Positions 19,895 to 28,845 of a stretch of DNA of 64,000 bases are shown in pieces. The position numbers and the translations under genes were made by a program. Origin of the DNA: Dehalococcoidia bacterium (GTDB taxonomy: Bacteria; Chloroflexota; Dehalococcoidia; UBA2979). Location of the stretch: positions 3,215,527 to 3,279,526 of the forward strand of contig OZ244720.1 in assembly GCA_965219085.1 (NCBI GenBank), read 5' to 3'. The notes below the pieces were generated by a model. The model ran no database searches, was not told where the DNA came from, and saw only the letters and a list, made by a program, of their open reading frames with translations. Numbering within the stretch: position 1 is the first letter of the stretch; every line of letters begins with the position of its first letter.

Positions 19895-22246
19895 TCAGTC
19901 GAGCTCGATGAAGCCGATGATGCGCGGCCAGCGCCCCTCCCCGACGACCTCACCGTCGAGGAGGATGCGGCAGGGGTGCGCGGGGTGCGCGGGACATTCG
20001 GTAGTCGCGCGCGAGGGCGGGTAGAAGCGGGCAAGGTAGTCCTCGCTGTCCATGACGTCGATCTCGCCGGTTGTGACGTCGAGGACGGAGACCGCGGCGC
20101 GACCACGGGCTTGGGGACTGAGCCTTTGGTCCGGGAAGATGAAATCGCTCGACCATGCGAACTGATCCGCGGTAGCCCACTCCCAGTGATAGTAGTTCAA
20201 GAGATGGGTAGTCTCCGCGGTCCAGAGGACGCGATCGGTCTCGAAGTCGATGATGTCGAAGCTGGACCAGGAGGCCCCGAAGTAGTTCCCGCTGCCGCGC
20301 ACCATGTAGCGCGCGTCCGGGGAAAGACAGGCGGGGCGGTCACAGGGAAGCGAACGCGCGGCGCCACCGAGCGTAACCAGGACGTGCGACGCAGCCGGTT
20401 CGTGGTACTCGTCGCTCCAGTCGAGCATTCGCACCACGACACGGCGCGAGTCAGATGTCCACGCCTCGCCAACGGGCAGGCTCACGCTCCAATTCGGGTC
20501 CACATCCAGCCCCGCCGCGGCAGCAATCTCGTCGGTGGTGAGGAGCAGGATTCGGCCGCCGGCGGGGATGTCGAGGACGACGATATGGCTGGGGACATAC
20601 GCCGTGCCGTCGTGGCCTCCGTAGAAGGTCGCCGCCAGTTTGCGGCCGTCGGGCGAGACCTGGAACGCTTCCGGCGCGCGCTCGTACAGCGTGCGGGTTT
20701 GCCCGTCGGGCGCGATGTACGTGAGCTCCTGGCCGATCTCCACGACGAAGCCACCGCGCGCGGGCTGCGCGGCGCCCGGCGCGTACCCATACACGAGCCG
20801 GTTCCGGTACGTGAAGGCGAGCCAGCTCCGGCCGGTACCTTCGTCGTGAACGATCATGCGCCGCGTGGCGCGAGGGTCGGGCCGCACCTCGCCCCGTTGG
20901 TACTCGTACTCGCCGTGGACCTCGTACGCGAGCAGCGGCCCGACCATTTCGTCGCGCGCGGGCGGAGGTGGCGACGCGATCTCACGCACTGCCGGAACCG
21001 GCGAGATGCCACGGAGTTCGAGGCTGCCGGGAACCTCGATCATGCCGAGGTAGTGCGTCCATCCGCGCGCACCTTCCCAGACGACGCGCTCCTCGTGCTG
21101 GATGTGGCACGCGGACGAGCGATAGGAGTAGCTCAAGCCGCAGGTGCTTCTCACCGGGCCTTCGATTTGACGCTCGAGGTCAGGCGTCACGGGCACGATC
21201 TCCCCCGTCGCGGTGTCGAGGAGCCGTGTGGAGTTGTAGTCGAGCGTCACGTACGGCCCGAACCAGGGCCCGTAGTTCGCGGAGGATTGGAGGCCGCCTT
21301 CTTCGGCGATCGTCCAGACAACGTAGCCTGTCTCCACATCGAGCACCGTCAGGCTGTCCCAATAAGGTTGGTGATTCTTGGGCCGCCCGGCGATCGACTC
21401 TCCGACCTGGATCGCGTAACGGAGGTCCGGAGAGACCCGGACGTCCTCGGGCAGTACTCGCACCCGGCCATCGAGCGTCAACACGGCAGTGTGAGCCCGG
21501 GGGCCCGAGTAGTCACCGGCGGTGACGCTGACCGCCTTGCTGTCGTCACGCCAGTCACCCAGGTCGAGCACCCCGTGGCGACCGCCGCCCTGTAGCGTTC
21601 CGAGGTCCGGATCGTCACTCGCCACGCGCAGCACTTCCGCGCCGTCGCGGGCGTCGAGGACGAGCAGCGTGCCGGGCTCGCCATGCATGACCGCAGCCTT
21701 CGCGCCGTCGGGTGAGACGCTGATCGCGCGGATCGCGTCGTCCTCGAACAGCACTGCCTGCGTCGCGCCGTCCAGGCCCATCCGGCGCACCTGGTCCCCG
21801 CTCCAGACGATGATGCCCGTCCCCGCGGGCTGCACCGCCGACCGACTCGCCTGGCCCGCGCGGCCGATGAGCGTGCGCGGGTTCTCGTAGTCGAACGCAG
21901 CCCAGTACCGATCCTCGGCGAGGTCATGGATGAACACTCGCCGGATCTCGATCTCGTTGCCATCCCCCGTCGGCGTGTCGCCGACGCGCTCGGAGAGGAC
22001 GAGCAGGGGCCCCTGCACGGTCACGGCGGGGGGTTCCGGCGTCTGGGCGGCGGTCGGCGTCTGGGCGGCGGTCGGCGTCGGGGCGGGCGAAGCCGTGACG
22101 GCGGCGGGCGCAGCGGTTGAGGTCGGCGAGGCCGTCCCCTGCGAGCGCGTCGCGTCCCCGGCCTCCGGTGCTGGCTCGCCGCCCCCAAGGCACGAAGAGG
22201 CCAGCAGCGCGAGTAGCACGAGGACCGCCGAGGCCCCACGCGTCAT
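19895..22246 (-). CDS. Lipoprotein with two tandem beta-propeller-like modules
   Basis: Lipobox LASSC; Pro/Thr/Ala linker with an 18-bp tandem repeat (PTAAQT); repeated VSPDG/LSPD blade motifs. Confidence 0.8.
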   Translation of the reverse strand: MTRGASAVLVLLALLASSCLGGGEPAPEAGDATRSQGTASPTSTAAPAAVTASPAPTPTAAQTPTAAQTPEPPAVTVQGPLLVLSERVGDTPTGDGNEIEIRRVFIHDLAEDRYWAAFDYENPRTLIGRAGQASRSAVQPAGTGIIVWSGDQVRRMGLDGATQAVLFEDDAIRAISVSPDGAKAAVMHGEPGTLLVLDARDGAEVLRVASDDPDLGTLQGGGRHGVLDLGDWRDDSKAVSVTAGDYSGPRAHTAVLTLDGRVRVLPEDVRVSPDLRYAIQVGESIAGRPKNHQPYWDSLTVLDVETGYVVWTIAEEGGLQSSANYGPWFGPYVTLDYNSTRLLDTATGEIVPVTPDLERQIEGPVRSTCGLSYSYRSSACHIQHEERVVWEGARGWTHYLGMIEVPGSLELRGISPVPAVREIASPPPPARDEMVGPLLAYEVHGEYEYQRGEVRPDPRATRRMIVHDEGTGRSWLAFTYRNRLVYGYAPGAAQPARGGFVVEIGQELTYIAPDGQTRTLYERAPEAFQVSPDGRKLAATFYGGHDGTAYVPSHIVVLDIPAGGRILLLTTDEIAAAAGLDVDPNWSVSLPVGEAWTSDSRRVVVRMLDWSDEYHEPAASHVLVTLGGAARSLPCDRPACLSPDARYMVRGSGNYFGASWSSFDIIDFETDRVLWTAETTHLLNYYHWEWATADQFAWSSDFIFPDQRLSPQARGRAAVSVLDVTTGEIDVMDSEDYLARFYPPSRATTECPAHPAHPCRILLDGEVVGEGRWPRIIGFIELD

Positions 22247-22284
22247 GCGACCTCGGTGCTGCTCGGCGCCGCCAGCCAGGTGCA

Positions 22285-23106
22285 CTAGTGCTGGACCATC
22301 ATCCCGCCGTCGACGTTGATCGCCTGGCCGCTCACCCACGAGCCCTGGTCGCTGCAGAGGTACAGCGTCATGTTCGGGATGTCCTCGCCCATGCTCGGGC
22401 GGCGCAGTGGGACGCGCTCGATCATCTGCGCCCACTCCTCGCTGTCGCGCGGGATGTCGTCGAGGCGGTTGTTGTCGATCATCCCCGGGCAGATCGTGTT
22501 GACGCGGATGCCGTACATCCCGACCTCCTGCGCCATCCCCGCCGACAGCGCCTGGATCGCCGCCTTGCTCGAGGCGTACGCCGTCGCGTTCGGCGGGAGC
22601 AGCTTCCCGGCGACCGAGGAGATGTTGACGATCGAGCCGCCCTCGCCCTGGTCGATCAGGTGCTGGCCGAAACGCTTGCTCATCAGGAACGTGCCGCGCA
22701 CGTTCACGCGGAGCACAAGGTCCCACCAGTCGATCGGCATGTCGACGACCGGCACGCGGTCGGCGCCGCGGGCCGCCGCGGCGTTGTTGATGACGAAGTC
22801 GACGCGTCCGAATGTATCGAGGGTCTGGGCGAGCAGCGCCTGCACCGCCTCGTCGTCGGCGACGTCGCTGACCACGGGCAGCGCGCGGCTGCCTGCCGCC
22901 TCGATCTCCTCGGCGACCGAGTCGATGTCGCGCCAGCCGGCGGCCCGCTCGTCCTCGGGATAGCGGTCGGGGGACCGCCCCGTGCCGGTGATCACGACGT
23001 TCGCGCCGGCCGCGCCGAACGCCTTGGCGATCTCGCGCCCGATGGCGCGCATGCGGCCCGCGCCCGTGACCACCGCGACCTTGCCCTCGATGCCCGTGAG
23101 TTCCAT
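22285..23106 (-). CDS. SDR family oxidoreductase
   Basis: VTGAGR..IG, NNAA, NISS, YASSK catalytic motif, NVDGG. Confidence 0.95.
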   Translation of the reverse strand: MELTGIEGKVAVVTGAGRMRAIGREIAKAFGAAGANVVITGTGRSPDRYPEDERAAGWRDIDSVAEEIEAAGSRALPVVSDVADDEAVQALLAQTLDTFGRVDFVINNAAAARGADRVPVVDMPIDWWDLVLRVNVRGTFLMSKRFGQHLIDQGEGGSIVNISSVAGKLLPPNATAYASSKAAIQALSAGMAQEVGMYGIRVNTICPGMIDNNRLDDIPRDSEEWAQMIERVPLRRPSMGEDIPNMTLYLCSDQGSWVSGQAINVDGGMMVQH

Positions 23107-23163
23107 GGCTCGCTCACCTCCCGCGCGCAGGGTACGCGAACGCGGCGCGGGGGAGCGTTCCGG

Positions 23164-23583
23164 CTAGCCGGACGCGGCCGCCCCCTCGAACGGGTCCAGC
23201 ACCGGGACGCCGAGTTGCTCGAAGTCGCGAACGTCCCGGGTCACGACGGTCAGCCGATTCACGATGGCGACCGCGGCGATCATGGCGTCGTAGATGAGGG
23301 TGTCGGATTGGCGTTGCATCAGTCGTGCCCACTCGCGGAACGCGGCAGCGTCCACGTCGAGGACGTCGAAGGCGAGAAGCACGCGTTCAAGCCATGCATC
23401 GAGTTCTTCAGCCTTGCCCAGATCTTGCCTGCGTGTCATCTCGATGCCGACCTGTATCTCACCGATGGTGACGGCTGACAGGTGCAGCCGGCCCTGGGAC
23501 ACACTCCGCACCCAGCCAAGAACAGATGGATGTGGGCGGGGCCGCCGCAATTCGGAGAGCACGTTGGTGTCGAGCAGATACAT
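23164..23583 (-). CDS. vapC: VapC/PIN toxin
   Basis: MYLLDTNVLSE, IGEI, DAMIAAVA, VTRDVRDF. Confidence 0.93.
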   Translation of the reverse strand: MYLLDTNVLSELRRPRPHPSVLGWVRSVSQGRLHLSAVTIGEIQVGIEMTRRQDLGKAEELDAWLERVLLAFDVLDVDAAAFREWARLMQRQSDTLIYDAMIAAVAIVNRLTVVTRDVRDFEQLGVPVLDPFEGAAASG

Positions 23584-23589
23584 GCCCGG

Positions 23590-23850
23590 CTAGTCGAATG
23601 TGGGCGGAGGGCGCATCCGAGGCGTACGGCGCGGCGGGACCAGCGTCTCGGTCCGCGCCCGCGGGTCGAGGAGCACGTCCTTGATACTTGGCCTCGCGAA
23701 GCGCTCCATGCGGCGCCACTGCTCGATGGGGACCACCACGGCGGTCTCGACGCCCCGCCTCGTGACGATCTGCGGCCCCTCGGCGAGGGTTGCCTCGATG
23801 AGTTCGCTGAATCGAGCCTTGGCTTCCTGCACTTGCCACGTACCGCTCAT
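23590..23850 (-). CDS. Phd/YefM family antitoxin
   Basis: WQVQEAKARFSELIE..GPQIVTRRG. Confidence 0.92.
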   Translation of the reverse strand: MSGTWQVQEAKARFSELIEATLAEGPQIVTRRGVETAVVVPIEQWRRMERFARPSIKDVLLDPRARTETLVPPRRTPRMRPPPTFD

Positions 23851-23882
23851 GCACAACCTCCACCCCGTCACGGCTGACGCGC

Positions 23883-23903
23883 ACTAGTCGCCAGACTAGT
23901 CTG
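23883..23903. promoter_or_regulatory. Candidate TA autoregulatory operator
   Basis: ACTAGTC direct repeat and CAGACTAGTCTG palindrome about 35 bp upstream of the antitoxin start. Confidence 0.55.
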
Positions 23904-23962
23904 TTCCAGCCGGCATGTCCATGCGGGCGAAGTCCCGATCGGCGCAGGCGGCGGGATCGGAG

Positions 23963-25600
23963 CTACGCCACCGGCTGCGCACGCTCGTCGACGTGGGATC
24001 CGTCGGGACCGAGGGTGACGACGCCGACCATGCCGCCGTGGGTGAGCGTGGGCAGCCCGCCGTGCGTGAGCGAGGCGCCGTTCGATGCGGGCGCCGGTAC
24101 TGCAACAGCCTCGGGCTCTTCGTCGCCCTCGCCGCGCATCTGTCGATCGGCCTCTTCGCGCGTCATGCGGCCCTCGGCGACGGCCGTGGCGGCCTGCGCC
24201 GGGGACAGCTTCGCGGCGCGGCCTGGCGTGACGCGGAGATCGCGGATCTGCTTGCTGAAGATGAAGAACGCCAGCAGCGTCAGGATCATGAGAGCCGATG
24301 CGCCCGCCACCGACGCCGGCGCGCCGATGATGTCGGCGAGGATCGTCATCGGCAGGACGCCGAGCGGCATCATCCCGAACGACATCATCAGCATCGACAG
24401 CACCCGGCCGCGGTAGCGCTCGGGTACGCGCGCCTGGATGACCGAGTTGTTCGTCGTCATGAACAGCATGCCGCCGACGTTGCCGAGTGCGAAGAAGGCG
24501 GCGGCGATGGCGAAGGTCGGCGTGAGCGCGAACGCGATGAAGAACAGGCCCTGGATCACCGCGCCCGCGAGCATGATGCGGCCCTTGAGGGGCATCGTGT
24601 CCATGGTCGTCGAAAGCAGTGCGCCGATCAGCCCGCCCACTCCGGCCGAGGCCATGAGAATGCCGAGCGCCGACGGTCCCATCTCGAACACTTCCTCGGC
24701 GAAGACCGGCAGCATCAGTTGGACCGGGAAGGCGAAGAGCGGCATGACCAGCCCGGTGAGGATCAACAGCCGGATCAGCGGGTTGGTCATCGAGTAGCGG
24801 AAGCCCTCGGCCATCTCGGACATGAACTTGCCGTGGTCGGTCTTCGAGACCATGCCGTGACGCGGCAGCAGCAGCGTGGTGCCGATGGCGACGACGTACA
24901 GCAGGACGGAGAAGGTCCACACCGGGCCGATGCCGAGCGGGATGAGCAGCACGCCGGCGATCGCGGGACCGATGATGCGCGTGACGTTCATCCCACCCAT
25001 CTGCAGCGAGACGGCGTTCATCATCTTGTGCTGCGGGATGAGCTGCGGCACGAGCGCGTTCCTCGCGGGCATCGCGAGCGCGATCGTGAGTCCGAGGAAC
25101 ACCGAGCCGGCGAGCAGGTGCCAGAACTCGATCATGTCGGCGAAGATCAGCACCGCCAGCACCATGTTCGCCACCGCGACGATCGACTGCGTTAAGATCA
25201 GCAGCGTGCGCTTGTTGTAGCGGTCCGCGATCACCCCGCCGAACGGCGAGACGAAGAGCATCGGCAGCGCGATGCCGAGCGCGACGAGCCCGAGCGCGGA
25301 GGCAGCATTGGTCAGCTCGAACGCGAGGTACCCGCGCAGGAGCTGGTTCATCTGCATAGCCATGAAGAAGGCGAGGTTGCCGCCGAAGTAGATGGCGTAG
25401 TCGCGCTCGCTGAGCGCGGTGAAGGTGCGGCCCCACTCGCTGAAGCTGCGCGGCGCCTTCGCGCTCGCGCGCGCCTCCATCATGCTCATCGGGCGGGCTT
25501 CCGGCCCGCCGTTCGAGGTGTGCGCGCCGTTCGAGCCGTTCTGGCCGCTTGAGCCGTTCAGGCTATTCGAGCCGTGTGAGCCGTTGGCTCCGTTGGTCAT
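23963..25600 (-). CDS. MFS transporter with Asn/Gly/Ser-rich N-tail and extended C-tail
   Basis: GGVIADRYNKR, about 12 hydrophobic helices; N-tail MTNGANGSHGSNSLNGSSGQNGSNG. Confidence 0.92.
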   Translation of the reverse strand: MTNGANGSHGSNSLNGSSGQNGSNGAHTSNGGPEARPMSMMEARASAKAPRSFSEWGRTFTALSERDYAIYFGGNLAFFMAMQMNQLLRGYLAFELTNAASALGLVALGIALPMLFVSPFGGVIADRYNKRTLLILTQSIVAVANMVLAVLIFADMIEFWHLLAGSVFLGLTIALAMPARNALVPQLIPQHKMMNAVSLQMGGMNVTRIIGPAIAGVLLIPLGIGPVWTFSVLLYVVAIGTTLLLPRHGMVSKTDHGKFMSEMAEGFRYSMTNPLIRLLILTGLVMPLFAFPVQLMLPVFAEEVFEMGPSALGILMASAGVGGLIGALLSTTMDTMPLKGRIMLAGAVIQGLFFIAFALTPTFAIAAAFFALGNVGGMLFMTTNNSVIQARVPERYRGRVLSMLMMSFGMMPLGVLPMTILADIIGAPASVAGASALMILTLLAFFIFSKQIRDLRVTPGRAAKLSPAQAATAVAEGRMTREEADRQMRGEGDEEPEAVAVPAPASNGASLTHGGLPTLTHGGMVGVVTLGPDGSHVDERAQPVA

Positions 25601-25832
25601 GCAACTCCAGTCGGTACGCGCCAGTCCGCGGTGGTGGGCGGGGCGGGCTCGGGCGAGACGAGCCGCATGCCGGGGCGCGTTACGTTCGGTGAGTGTTCCA
25701 CCTTACGTGAGGTTTCACGTTGTTGCCAGCCCTTCGGACGCACCGACTACCCACGCGCGTCGAGTGCGGCCGCGAGGTCGCGCTCGACGTGTCCAGTGTT
25801 CGATGCCGCAGGCCCTGCCTGCGTTCGTTTGC

Positions 25833-26777
25833 CTACTCCGAGGCGATCTCCCCCAGCAGCTCCAGCGTGCGCTGACGCGCTTCCGAGCCGCCCTCGGGCA
25901 GCTGCACGAGCGCTGCGAGCATCTCGTCGACGCCGTACTCGCCGATCGACCGCACGCGGTCGCCGACCTCGTTGGCGGAGCCCGAGATGATCAGGCCGTC
26001 CGCCATGCGGTCCGTGAACTCCCCGCCGGCCGCCTCCTCGTAGCCGGCCGCCTGTAGCATCCGCGAGTAAAACGGCATCCGCTGGTAGAAGCCGAACTGC
26101 TGCCTCGCGGCCGCGCGGACCGCGTCGCGGTCCTCGCTGACCACGATGGGCGTATGCACGATCATCGCCGGCTTCGGGCGGCCCGCGGCGTCGGCGCCCT
26201 CCTGCTGGGCGGGCGTGGCGATGTCGCGGATGTACGGCAGCGGGCACATCCAGGAGATGCCGCCCTCGGTCAGCTCGCCGCTGAGGCGGAACGAGCCGGT
26301 CCGCAGCGCCGAGATCATGACGCGCACCTGCGTTGGCTGGGCGATACGGGCGTGGGCGCTCAACTGCTCGCCGTCGAAGTCCACCGAGCCCTCGTTGAGC
26401 AGCGCATTGAGGACCGTCACGTACTCGCGGAGGTGGCTCAGCGGCTTGTTGAACGGCAGGCCCCACGTGCCCTCGATCGCCGGGCGGTGGCTCGGCCCGA
26501 CGCCGAGCTTGAGCCGCCCGGGCGCGAGCTGGTCCACCGTCATCGCGCCCGCCGCCATCGTGATCGGGTGGCGCGGGAACGTCGGGACGATCGAGGTGCC
26601 GAACGTGATGCGCTCCGCGGTGTGCGCGGCCGAGGCGAACACGGCGAACGGATCGGGCGCGGCGCCGCCCACGGTCAGCCACGCCGTGTCGAGGCCGAGC
26701 CGGTCGGCCTCGACGATGCGCGCGATCAGCCCGGGCGCGTCGGCCGCGACGATGTGGACGCTGAGCGGGACGGTCAC
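25833..26777 (-). CDS. LLM class oxidoreductase (short, F420-dependent-like)
   Basis: ADRLGLDTAWL, GTSIVPTFPRHP, GRLKLGVGPSH. GTG start inferred. Confidence 0.88.
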   Translation of the reverse strand: MTVPLSVHIVAADAPGLIARIVEADRLGLDTAWLTVGGAAPDPFAVFASAAHTAERITFGTSIVPTFPRHPITMAAGAMTVDQLAPGRLKLGVGPSHRPAIEGTWGLPFNKPLSHLREYVTVLNALLNEGSVDFDGEQLSAHARIAQPTQVRVMISALRTGSFRLSGELTEGGISWMCPLPYIRDIATPAQQEGADAAGRPKPAMIVHTPIVVSEDRDAVRAAARQQFGFYQRMPFYSRMLQAAGYEEAAGGEFTDRMADGLIISGSANEVGDRVRSIGEYGVDEMLAALVQLPEGGSEARQRTLELLGEIASE

Positions 26778-26779
26778 CG

Positions 26780-27544
26780 CTAACGCCCGACGAAGTTCGG
26801 CTGGCGCTTCTCGGCGAAGGCGACCTTCGCCTCCTGCGCGTCCTCGGTGCGCTGCAGGATGGCCGTGCGCGTCTGCTCGAAGCGGTAGCCGTTGCGGAGG
26901 TCCATGTCCTCGATGACGTTGAGGTTCTCCTTCGCGAGGCGGATCCCGATCGGCATCTTCGACACGATCTCCTCGGCCTCCGCCATCGCGACGTCCATGA
27001 GGTCCTCGACCGGGACGACGCGGTCGACGGCGCCGAGGCGGTGGGCCTCCTGCGCGTCCAGGCGGCGGGCGGTGTAGTGCATCATCCGCACGACGTGCTG
27101 CGGGAACAGCCGCATCGCGTGGCGGGCGCCGCCGAGCAGTCCGACGTCGATCTCCGGCAGGCCGAAGACCGCGCGCTCCGAGGCGATCAGGTAGTCGCAC
27201 GAGGCGGCGATAGCGAGACCCGCGCCGAGCGCCGGGCCGTTGATCGCGCCGATCACGGGCACCGCGCACTCCATGATCGAGTAGAAGTTCTCCCGGCCCT
27301 CGCGCGAACCGGTGCGCTCCGGCCGCAGGGCGCGGTCGCCGCGCGCCGCCGCCTTGATGTCGGCGCCGGCGCAGAAGACGCGGTCACCCTGCCCGGTGAG
27401 GACGATGACACGAGCGTCCTCGTCGGCGCTGATGGTGTCGAAGGTGCCCTGGATGTCCCACTCGGGGGACATCGCGTTCACGGGCGGGTTGTCGAAGACG
27501 ACCAGCCGCACGTGACCGTGCTTCTCGACTCGAAGTTCGGACAT
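26780..27544 (-). CDS. Enoyl-CoA hydratase/isomerase
   Basis: FCAGADI, AINGPALGAG, FGLPEIDVG, FAEKRQPNF. Confidence 0.95.
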   Translation of the reverse strand: MSELRVEKHGHVRLVVFDNPPVNAMSPEWDIQGTFDTISADEDARVIVLTGQGDRVFCAGADIKAAARGDRALRPERTGSREGRENFYSIMECAVPVIGAINGPALGAGLAIAASCDYLIASERAVFGLPEIDVGLLGGARHAMRLFPQHVVRMMHYTARRLDAQEAHRLGAVDRVVPVEDLMDVAMAEAEEIVSKMPIGIRLAKENLNVIEDMDLRNGYRFEQTRTAILQRTEDAQEAKVAFAEKRQPNFVGR

Positions 27545-27590
27545 GACGTGCTCCTCTCGTGCGGCTCGGCGCCGCCGTCGGTGATGGTTG

Positions 27591-28397
27591 CTAGCGGCCG
27601 ACGAAGACCGGGTCGCGGCGCTCCAGGAACGAGTTGACGCCCTCGAGGCCGTCCTCGCTCCGGAACATGATGTGCACGAACGGGCTCGTCAGGTCCTGCA
27701 CGCGTGCGAGGTCGTTCTCCTCGAGCATGTACACCATGCGCTTGATGGCGGCCATGCTCAGCGGCGGCCCGCTCGCGATCTCCGTCGCCAGCTCGATGGA
27801 GCGGTCCATGAGCTGCTCGCGCGGCACGACGTCCATCACGAGGCCGAGCTCGAGCGCCTCCTGGGCGTTGACGCGGCGGCCGGTGAACATCAGCTCGAGG
27901 CCTCGCTGTGCGCCGACGATCTTCGGCAGCATGTAGCCGAGACCGAAGTCCGCGATGATGCCGCGCTTGGTCTGGGCGACCTGGAAGATGGTGTCCTCGG
28001 CCGCGATGCGCAGGTCGGTAGCGAGTGCGAGCCCGAAGCCCATGCCGACGGCGTAGCCGTTGATGGCGCCGATGATCGGTACGTCGCAGTCGCGCAGGTG
28101 GCGGATGGCGTAGCTCTCGGGGTGCGCGCGCCGCCACGGGTCGGGCTTCCTGTCCGGGTTGGCGCCCGGGAAGCCGGTGACGTCGCCACCGGCGCAGAAC
28201 GCGCGTCCCTCGCCGCTCAGCACGATCGCCCGCACGTTGTACTCGCCGTCGTTGAGGCGGTCGATGAAGTCGAGCATCTCGGTCTGCATGGCCGGCGCCC
28301 AGGCGTTGAGCTTCTCCGGCCGGTTGAGCTTGATGATGGCGATCTGGTCGCGTTCCTCGACAGTGATCGCCTCGTACTTCGTTGCTGTGGTTGTCAT
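27591..28397 (-). CDS. Enoyl-CoA hydratase/isomerase
   Basis: LNRPEKLNA, FCAGGD, AINGYAVGMG, FLERRDPVF. Confidence 0.95.
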   Translation of the reverse strand: MTTTATKYEAITVEERDQIAIIKLNRPEKLNAWAPAMQTEMLDFIDRLNDGEYNVRAIVLSGEGRAFCAGGDVTGFPGANPDRKPDPWRRAHPESYAIRHLRDCDVPIIGAINGYAVGMGFGLALATDLRIAAEDTIFQVAQTKRGIIADFGLGYMLPKIVGAQRGLELMFTGRRVNAQEALELGLVMDVVPREQLMDRSIELATEIASGPPLSMAAIKRMVYMLEENDLARVQDLTSPFVHIMFRSEDGLEGVNSFLERRDPVFVGR

Positions 28398-28500
28398 GGC
28401 TCCTCCTCGGGCCGATCCGGGTCGGCCGTGTTCGCACGCGTGCATGCTACCGCGTACGAGGGTGGTAGGGGCGGCGGGTGGTGCGGTGGCGCTGCGCTGT

Positions 28501-28767
28501 TCAGTGCGCTCGATCGGCCTTCGCGCGCGCCGCCCTCGGCAACGGGTCGGAGCGCCACGGATCGTGACCCGCCCGGCGGGCCATCGCGCGACGGTACGCG
28601 GGCACGACGATGAGGAGCAGCGCGCCGAGCAGGCCGGCGACGCCAAACACGCCGAACGCGGCGCCGGCCAGCGCCGCGACCGCACGGTGCCGCGCGCCAT
28701 CGCTGAGCATCGCTCCGCCGATCGCCATCAGCATGGAAAGACCGAGCGCGAACAGCAGCACTTCCAC
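28501..28767 (-). CDS. Small membrane protein
   Basis: GAGGAGGAG RBS before GTG; two hydrophobic segments and a basic tail. Confidence 0.6.
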   Translation of the reverse strand: MEVLLFALGLSMLMAIGGAMLSDGARHRAVAALAGAAFGVFGVAGLLGALLLIVVPAYRRAMARRAGHDPWRSDPLPRAARAKADRAH

Positions 28768-28845
28768 TGGCGCGACTCCTCCTCGACCGTTGGGCTCTGT
28801 TCCGCCCACGCGTGGCAGTGTACGGCGGGCGCCGGGCCGGCGGAG

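Noticed and set aside
19895-22726. 943-aa version of the lipoprotein
   Set aside because: The extension overlaps the SDR gene in another frame; the signal peptide and lipobox start at 22246.
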